From contig NC_086107.1 in NCBI RefSeq assembly GCF_963921235.1, forward strand, positions 46,872,001 to 46,936,000: a DNA stretch of 64,000 nucleotides. The letters run 5' to 3'. Positions 56,203-64,000 of the stretch are shown here, one piece after another. Origin of the DNA: Mobula hypostoma (taxonomy: Eukaryota). The notes beneath the pieces are model-generated. The model was not told the DNA's origin. It worked only from the letters and a program-made list of their open reading frames with translations, and did not search any database. Each line of letters opens with the position of its first letter. Within the stretch, counting starts at the first letter, position 1. A program made the translations under genes and the position numbers.

Positions 56203-56654
56203 TGTCGTGGAAACACTAACAAAGAACTTCGAGTTTCTTTTTAAGAGTTTATTAACATGATATCATGGAGAGTCTGCAGAAGTCTCCACCACCACCAGAA
56301 CTCTGAATTCTAGGTTATACAGAGCTCATATTTATACAGCAAGACAAACAACTTCACATAACTTTGTTTAGCATCCCACGGTCAGTACAATATCAATCGC
56401 TTAAAAGACATGTCAATTATTCTCTCAGCGCGAGTATAACAGTCCTCTTTGTTCCCTGTTATCAGGGCTCAAAATTTACCCCCAGACGCATCCTCCCTCC
56501 TGGTTCCAGGGGCCTAGTATCTTATTAATTGGAGTTCCTGGCATTGTGCTTATCATCCAAGGTTATTCTCAACACGCATCAACAGTCTTAAGCCCAGCTG
56601 TTCCAGAATGGTCAAGTATCCCATCAGATACTAGTTTTAACCATTTCTACCACA
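56203..56654 (-). mobile_element. probable ERV LTR, followed on the minus strand by a short MGSTLSK gag-like start (56186)
   Basis: TG...CA ends with TATA-like and AATAAA motifs on the minus strand; no TSD. The downstream MGxxxS myristoylation-like start is stopped after 19 codons. Confidence 0.45.
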
Positions 56655-57176
56655 GGCAGAGAAACAACTCCTTATCATACATATGGTAAGGTGGATTCTT
56701 TCAGATTCAGTACAAAATTTATCACTGATTAAGCTGACAACCTAGGTTTGTGATTTGTGATTTATCATGGAGATAGATGCAAATGTAATTGTGTGCCTAT
56801 GGGTATCAGCTACCAGTTGATTCTGGGTAGTTTGGTATCACTGGTATTGGTACACGGCTAGTCACCACTTAGGAAGTGCATACCTCTTCATCAGTCAGTC
56901 ACAACTGAGGATGAATATCTGTATTAATGTGCAGTGGGTGATGTACCAAAGGAGACATTTATTCTCTTCAGAGAACCTCATGACAGGATGCTTGTTGTTT
57001 GGGGAAAGTTGTTTCTCCAGGGATCTATCTAAATCTCTTGCTCTCTCTATTGGTGAAAAGATCAGAATCAGGATAGATGTTTTCGGTAATGTCTGTCTCT
57101 TTCTCTACAGAGAGGGGTCAGAGATGTACAGGAAAACTAAATCTATCTTTGTCTTAGGAAGGATGTTCTCTCTATC

Positions 57177-58465
57177 TCATCCCCTCTCCCTCCCTTCCTC
57201 TCCCCTCTCTCTCTGCTTCCCCCCTCCCCTCCCTCTCCCCCTCCACTCCCTCCTCCCCTCCCTCTCCCCCTCCCCTCCCCCCTCTACTCCCTCCTCCCCT
57301 CCCCCCTCTACTCCCCCTCCCCTCCCTCCCTCTCTCCTCTCCCCCTCCCCTCCCCCTCTCCCCCCTCCCCTCCCTCTCCCCTCCCCCCTCCCTCTTCCTC
57401 TCCACCCCTCCCCTCCCTCTCCCTTCCCTCTCCCCCTCCCTCCTCCTCTCCCTCTCCCCCTCCCCTCCCTCTCCCCCCTCCCCTCCCCCTCTTCTCCCCC
57501 TCCCCTCCCTCTCCCCCCTCCCTTCCNNNNNNNNNNNNNNNNNNNNNNNNNNNNNNNNNNNNNNNNNNNNNNNNNNNNNNNNNNNNNNNNNNNNNNNNNN
57601 NNNNNNNNNNNNNNNNNNNNNNNNNNNNNNNNNNNNNNNNNNNNNNNNNNNNNNNNNNNNNNNNNNNNNNNNNNNNNNNNNNNNNNNNNNNNNNNNNNNN
57701 NNNNNNNNNNNNNNNNNNNNNNNNNNNNNNNNNNNNNNNNNNNNNNNNNNNNNNNNNNNNNNNNNNNNNNNNNNNNNNNNNNNNNNNNNNNNNNNNNNNN
57801 NNNNNNNNNNNNNNNNNNNNNNNNNNNNNNNNNNNNNNNNNNNNNNNNNNNNNNNNNNNNNNNNNNNNNNNNNNNNNNNNNNNNNNNNNNNNNNNNNNNN
57901 NNNNNNNNNNNNNNNNNNNNNNNNNNNNNNNNNNNNNNNNNNNNNNNNNNNTCCACCCCTCCCCTCCTTCTCCCTCCACCCCTCCCCTCCTTCTCCCTCC
58001 ACCCCTCCCCTCCCTCTCCCCCTCCCTTCCCCTCTCCCTCCCTCTCCCCCTCCCTCCTTCTCCCCCTCCCTCCTCCCTCTCCCCCTCCCCCTCTCTTCCC
58101 TCCTGCTCCCCCCCCTCCCCTCCTCTCTCCCTCCCCCCTCCTCTTCCCCTCCCCCTCCCCCCTTCTCCCCCTCCCTTCCCTCTCCCCCTCCCCTCTCTTC
58201 CCTCCCCTCGCCCTCCCCCTCCTCCCTCTCCCCGTCCCCTCTCCCCGTCCCCTCTCCCCCCTCCCCTCCTCCCCCCTCTCCCAGTCCCCTCTCCCCCCTC
58301 TCCCACTCCTTCTCCCTCCTCTCCCCTCCCCCATGCTCCCCCTCCCCCTCCTCTCCCCCTCCTCCCTCCCTCCCCCCCTCCCCCCTCCTCTCCCCTCTCC
58401 CCTGCCCCTCCTCTCCCCTCCCCCTCCTCTCCCCTCCCCCTCCTCTCCCCTCCCCCCCTCCCCCC
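57177..58465. repeat. long polypyrimidine (CCCCT/CTCC)n low-complexity tract with gaps
   Basis: Nearly pure C/T; N runs at 57527-57951 and 58466-58709. Confidence 0.95.
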
Positions 58466-59124
58466 NNNNNNNNNNNNNNNNNNNNNNNNNNNNNNNNNNN
58501 NNNNNNNNNNNNNNNNNNNNNNNNNNNNNNNNNNNNNNNNNNNNNNNNNNNNNNNNNNNNNNNNNNNNNNNNNNNNNNNNNNNNNNNNNNNNNNNNNNNN
58601 NNNNNNNNNNNNNNNNNNNNNNNNNNNNNNNNNNNNNNNNNNNNNNNNNNNNNNNNNNNNNNNNNNNNNNNNNNNNNNNNNNNNNNNNNNNNNNNNNNNN
58701 NNNNNNNNNGGGAGGGTTATACAGTACTTTTTCACTGTTGGGCTGGTGAGCTATCTTTATCTAGTGAGAGAAATTGCCTCTCTCTTTCAGCCTGGAGAGA
58801 AGGATTGTCTCTGCTTTTCGCTGTCTCTTTGGAAAGAAAAGAGTTGTCACTCGGTGTCTTCGGAGACACCTGGTCTCTGGGATGAAGGTCTCTTTCTCCA
58901 AGGAAAGGAGGTCGTGTGTGTGTCTGAGAAAGGAAGTTTTGCATCTTTTTCTCCCCTCTCGGAAAGGTGACGACTCCATCTCTCTGAAGAGAAAGCTTGC
59001 CCTTCAACGGAAGGTTCTGCTGTTCTCGCTGTGGGCGCAGATTCCCCCGCCCTTTCCGGAGCGAAAGTGAAACGAACGCAGAAGGGAGGAAGGCTAACCA
59101 GCCGACGGTAGAAGACCGAGGGTC

Positions 59125-59197
59125 ATGGGCCGGACGGGGAGTTCATTGTGGATCGTGTCGGCGGTGATCGCGCTGATGGTCCTGGTGCCGCTTTCAG
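59125..59197 (+). CDS. first (signal-peptide) exon of a second gene, possibly a B7-H6-like paralog
   Basis: MGRTGSSLWIVSAVIALMVLVPLS plus 1 nt (73 nt, phase 1); donor tcag|gtgaaa; n/h/c signal-peptide pattern. Confidence 0.75.
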
Positions 59198-59270
59198 GTG
59201 AAAACCGGATTGCGCTGGGGGGGTGGGGGGAGTGCCGAAGGAAGAGAGATGACTGGCAGGCCAGGCTAGG

Positions 59271-59380
59271 CCGGGCCGGGCCGGGCCGGGCCGAGCCGAG
59301 CCGAGCCGAGCCGAGCCGAGCCGAGCCGAGCCGAGCCGAGCCGAGCCGAGCCGAGCCGAGCCGAATCGAGCCGAATCGAG
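59271..59380. repeat. pentanucleotide repeat (CCGGG)4(CCGAG)14 plus variants
   Basis: Read directly from the sequence; 74 nt downstream of the exon 1 donor. Confidence 0.95.
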
Positions 59381-59445
59381 GCCGGGGAGTCGGTGAGCTG
59401 GAACCCAGAACCGTGTTTCGTTATGCTGCGCTTCAACCCGCGCAG

Positions 59446-62400
59446 TTCTTCTTCTTCTTGTGTTGTTTTATGGTGGTTGGCAAACCAGTTTTAAGGTGCA
59501 TTACCGCCACCTGCTAGACTGGAGTGTCAATCGTTGGATAAACAGGAAGGGAACAGAATTGCATATTCTATTCTATATTATATTCTATTTAATAAACCTG
59601 TCTTTCAGATACTTCATGATACAGATCTGGATTTCTCTTGAATTTTCACTTAAAATGTCTTCTATACCCACATCAGTTTTTTTTGTTATCTTAAGCGCTC
59701 CTATCATCTTCACTTTCTTTTTGATACTTCTTACATTTTATCAATACATATTCAACTGTTTCTGGTTGATTACAGTGTTCACACAACCCAGTTGGATGTT
59801 TCCCCATTTTGTGTAATGTGTAATTAAGACTAGTGTGTCCAACTCTCAAACAACTGATGATCACTTCTGTCTTTCTATATCCACTTGACAATCTTTTGTA
59901 TCTGACTTGCCTCTGTATTTTGTACAGTTGTCTCCCTGTTTCACTCTTTCCCAATGCTTCTGCCATGTCTCCTCAATAGGTGTTTTGATAATGCTCTTGA
60001 CTTAGCTTTGCTGAGATGGATCTGGACCTCTATTATAGACGATTTGAGCAATTGTTTAGCTATATTATCCACCTTTTCATCACCCTCCACTCAACAATGA
60101 GCAGGAACCCAAAGAAAGCTTACTTCTACCCCAGTTTTGGTCAGTGTATATAACTTGCATAAAATATCCTGTCTACTTTCTGATTTTCTTGATTTGATTG
60201 AGGTTAATGCAGATAAACCGTCTGCACAGGTTACAGCCTTTTTGATATTATTTTCTTCTATCCAAGATTATGCACTCAAAATTGCCATTAATTCTGTTGT
60301 ATACACTGATAAGTGGTTTTGATGTTCTTTTCCTGATATTAGTTTTGCACTGAGGAATGTAGACTGCAATACCTGTGTGGCCAGATCGAGGGTCTTTTGA
60401 TCCATCCATACATAAATATTACAAGTTCATTTCTAAAATGCAAGTCTATATATTCGTGTGCTATCTGTTTGATTCCATAGTTAGACTCTTTACAGATAAA
60501 AACCTGTATGCATTGTAAAGAGCCATGGAGGAACATCAGATACTGGAACTGTAGGGCTATATTCCATTTCCTGTAGACCATAGTTTTGTGCTGCTGCACC
60601 CCCGATCCATCCAAAGCTATTATAACTTGACTTATTATGTTCCCAGGAGTCTTTCAATATAGCTTTAGCTGGATGTGAGTAGTTATGTCCCATGATGTTA
60701 ACACAGTAATTTAGCATTAGCTTTATTCTTCTAAGTCTTAATGGCATTTCCCCCATTTCGACTTGAAGAGCTGATATAGGTGATGTTCTGAATGCACCAC
60801 TACATATCCAGCATTTTTAAATTACTTTCTGCAGCTGACATGTATGCTACAATTCCATAATCCAATGTAGCCCTCATTAAGGCTTGATAAATATTTAATA
60901 GCGATATACTGCTCGCACCCAGTCCTGTCGGGCAAGACCCCTCAATAAGTTATTTATTTTTTTACATTTGTTTGTAATATTCTCGATTTGCTTTTTCCAT
61001 GTAAGTTTCTCATCAAATAACAAATGAAGGAACCGAATCACCTTTACCTGCTCTAATTTTTGTTCATATAATTTCACGGAAACTGGTTTGTGACTTCTTG
61101 AGAAACATATCACTTGTGACTTACTTGTAGCCAATTTGAAACCCCATTTATTTTCCCACTCTTCCACTTTATTTATTGCATCTTGCATTTTCCTTTGTAT
61201 ATAAATTTAATTTCTTCCCCTCGTCCATAAAGCCCCGTCATCTGCATATACGGATTTCCCTACACTATGTTCAACTTGTGCAAATATGTCATTTATCACT
61301 ATGGAAAATTGTAATGGACTGCAGACACTACCTTGTGGTGTTCCATTTTCAACCAAGTATGTCCTGGAGTATTCTGTTTCTACCTTGACTTGATTTGTTC
61401 GACCAAAAAGAAAGTCTAGAACCCAATTATATAATTTTCCTTCCACCTCTAGTTCTTTCAATTTAATTAACACTCCCTCTTTCCAGAGCATATCGTATGC
61501 CTTTTCTATGTCAAAAAATACCGCCAAGACCATTTCTTTATTTGTTTGAGCCTTCCGAATTTCAGATTCCAAGCTAATTATTGAATCTATTGCAGTTCTT
61601 CCTTTACGAAAACTGCTTTGGTAGGGAGAAATAAGATTTCTTTTTTCTAGAAAGTATGTAAGCCTATCAGTTATTATTCGTTCCATAAGTTTACCTAGCT
61701 GTGAAGTTAGTGCAATTGGTCTATAATTTGTTGGGTCTGATGAATCTTTACCAGGTTTTAATACTGGAACACTAACAGAATGTTTCCATGCAGTTGGTAG
61801 TTTACCTATTTCCCATATTTTATTAAACAGTCTCTGTAGAACTAGAAATGCACTTCTTGATAAATGCTTCAGCATTATACCCCATACTTGATCCTTCCCA
61901 GGAGAAGTTGGCCGTGCATTCGTAATGGCTCTTTCTATTTCTGTTATGCTAATAGGTGTATCCAGCACTTCTTCAGATGTTGCTCTTTTGTCCGTCATTC
62001 TGAATTTTGCTTAAGCCTCTTCTCCCTTTGCTGTCTAGCCTCGACCATCAAATTCTCTAAGCTATGTAGGTTTACAAAAGCTTTTGCCAATATTGCTGCT
62101 TTTTCTACATTGTTAATTGCCATTTTGTCCTTACTTTTTAGCACAGGATCTCTTTACTACTTCTTATACCATTCACTTTCCTTATCCCTTATCATGCCCC
62201 ATATTTCGGACAGTTGAGTTTCTCTTCCAATTTTGGTACAATACTGTCTCCGAAATGCTTGCTTTGCTTGTCTGATTGTTTTCCGAACTTCTGCTTGTGC
62301 TCTTTTATATTGTATTAATATTTCTACCGAATGTTGTCTTTTTAACATTTTAAATGCTTTATTTCTTGCTTTTATACTTCTACTACATTCACAATTCCAC

Positions 62401-64000
62401 CATGGAACATTTTCCCTCTTTCCTGTACCTTTACTTTTCGGAATTGTTTCTTCTGCCGAATTTATAATTGCTGTGACCAATTTGTCATTCATTTCTTCTA
62501 TATCTGATATATTTTCATCTAAAATCTTTGTGCATCTTACTTCGCTTCTTTTTTGAAATATCTCCCACTCCCATTCAGTTTCCAGCTTTACACTCTTAAA
62601 TCCTACATTTTGTTCTATTTTAACCTGAATCCTTGTGAGTAAGGGATAGTGATCACTTCCTACTGTAGTTGGTTTTAATACATTCCAAGTACTGATTCCT
62701 GTTAATTCTCTACTTATAAATGTTAAGTCTATTGCAGTTTCTGTGTTTTGGGATATATTATATCTTGTACCTTCTCCATTATTTATACATGCCAGTTTTT
62801 CATCATCGAGAAATTCTTCTATCATTAATCTGTTTTCATCCACATTTTTACATCCCCATAGTGTACTGTGTCCTTTGAAATCCCCACACCTTATTATTTT
62901 CCCTTGCATTATACCACCCACTTTGTTTAATGTATCTTTGCTTAGTCTTCTACATGGATTATAATAATTTATTATTACCAAGTTTTCTCTGCCTATCCAT
63001 ATTTTGATTATTATTGATTCGTACTTCTGCCCTGTGTTGACTATATTATATCTGGCTATAAATAATTGCTACTCCTCCACCATTGCCATTGCTTCTATCC
63101 CTCCTAATTGCTGTATATCCTTGTAAAACAAAATCTAATTGTGGCTTCAACCATGTTTCTTGTATACATAGAATCTGAGGTTTTTCCTTAAGTTCTGATA
63201 CATTTTTTAAAATTCTTGACCATTTACCATAAGACTCCTTGCATTCCATTGCAAAATATATATTGCCATTAAGATCCCGCCTCCCCTGCCTGTGATCTGT
63301 TTGATCCTCCATTCAGCATTTTTTCAACTGCTTCCCACCTAAGCCCTGTAATACCAAGATATTTTTCTGCAGACTTGACTATAATTTTAATTTTTTCTGT
63401 TCTTTTGTCTGTTTGCACTGAACAGTTAATTGCATCTACCATAAGCAGTATGAAATCTTTTCTATTCATTGTCAGTGTGTCCTTATTTATCATATTACAG
63501 CCCTCACAGTTCACTGTTATTCCCTGTATTTGTTTGCTTAATAACTTTCTCCTTTTCAGCGAAACCTTTCACTGCCTCAGCGTAACTAATCCCTTGAGTT
63601 ACTTTAACATATTGTATCTCAGCTGCCTTCTTGCTAATAACTGTATTCCTCGCTACAATTGCAACATTTCAGCCTAGCTCCCGCCTCACATCCCGTATTC
63701 ATGTTCTCCAGCGCATCTCCCACATCTTTGTTTCCCTCTGCAGACCGCCGCAATATGCCCAAATTTCTGACATTTAAAACATCTTAAAGGCGGTGGTATA
63801 TATATTCTGACTTCATAACACATATACCCTAAATAAACTTTAGTCGGCAATCTCACTTCATCAAAGTTGATCATTACCGATAAACTATCGTACTTTTTTC
63901 CTTCTCTTGTAACTGTCAAACGTTTGGCCTCAATAATCTTTGCTTCTTTTATGTTCTGTTTAATCTCATCCATAGTAACTTTTGTTGGTATCCCTGAAAT
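59446..64000 (-). mobile_element. Nimb/I-group LINE (ORF1 CCHC knuckles; ORF2 APE-RT-RNase H-CCHC), degenerate, continues beyond window
   Basis: PLRCFKCQKFGH..C..C..H; ILCIQETW, CGDF, SDHYP; FFDIEKAYD, PQGS, YADD; LRVGH...CEHC..TVEYVLIKC; (GAA)n 3' tail. Confidence 0.88.

Larger units (their letters stand above)
59000..59445 (+). promoter_or_regulatory. CpG-rich promoter/first-exon region of the second gene
   Basis: High CpG density against a CpG-poor background, surrounding an ATG in Kozak context (GGTCATGG). Confidence 0.7.

Noticed and set aside
56911-58749. Long Pro-rich and Gly/Arg/Glu-rich ORFs (612, 475, 385, 276 aa)
   Set aside because: Artefacts of the polypyrimidine tract and N gaps.
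59291-59360. (GAGCC)n as an Ig switch-like region
   Set aside because: It lacks the AGCT AID hotspots, is only ~100 bp, and is not near Ig constant genes.
59125-59517. 130-aa single-exon ORF with (AEPSR)n repeats
   Set aside because: Read-through of the exon 1 donor into the pentamer repeat and the LINE tail.
1-64000. CRISPR arrays, rRNA or true tRNA genes
   Set aside because: None seen; tRNA-like motifs belong to SINE heads and a retroviral PBS.

Overview
Eukaryotic, repeat-rich vertebrate DNA, probably a cartilaginous fish such as a batoid ray (inferred from the CR1/SINE/Penelope repeat landscape), with three N gaps. The main host feature is a + strand, intron-containing B7-H6 (NCR3LG1)-like gene whose leader exon lies upstream of the window. 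Nine phase-1 exons splice into one open frame of about 952 codons: IgV (2521-2877), IgC1 (4083-4403), transmembrane (5924-6040), then six more C1-type Ig exons after the TM segment (12805-13227, 18489-18866, 21169-21480, 23805-24128, 27276-27587, 35376-35689). The predicted topology puts about 690 aa of tandem Ig domains in the cytoplasm, and four of those six domains have lost one canonical disulfide cysteine. A second gene starts at 59125 with a 24-codon signal-peptide exon in a CpG-rich region and may be a tandem paralog. The rest is transposable elements: many CR1 LINEs, L1, Rex1/Babar, RTE, a Nimb/I-type LINE, a Penelope inverted repeat, Tigger/mariner MITEs, a SPIN-like hAT, two ERV remnants and several solo LTRs, stacked in a deeply nested block at 43.8-56.7 kb. 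No database searches were run; family calls rest on motifs recognised by eye.
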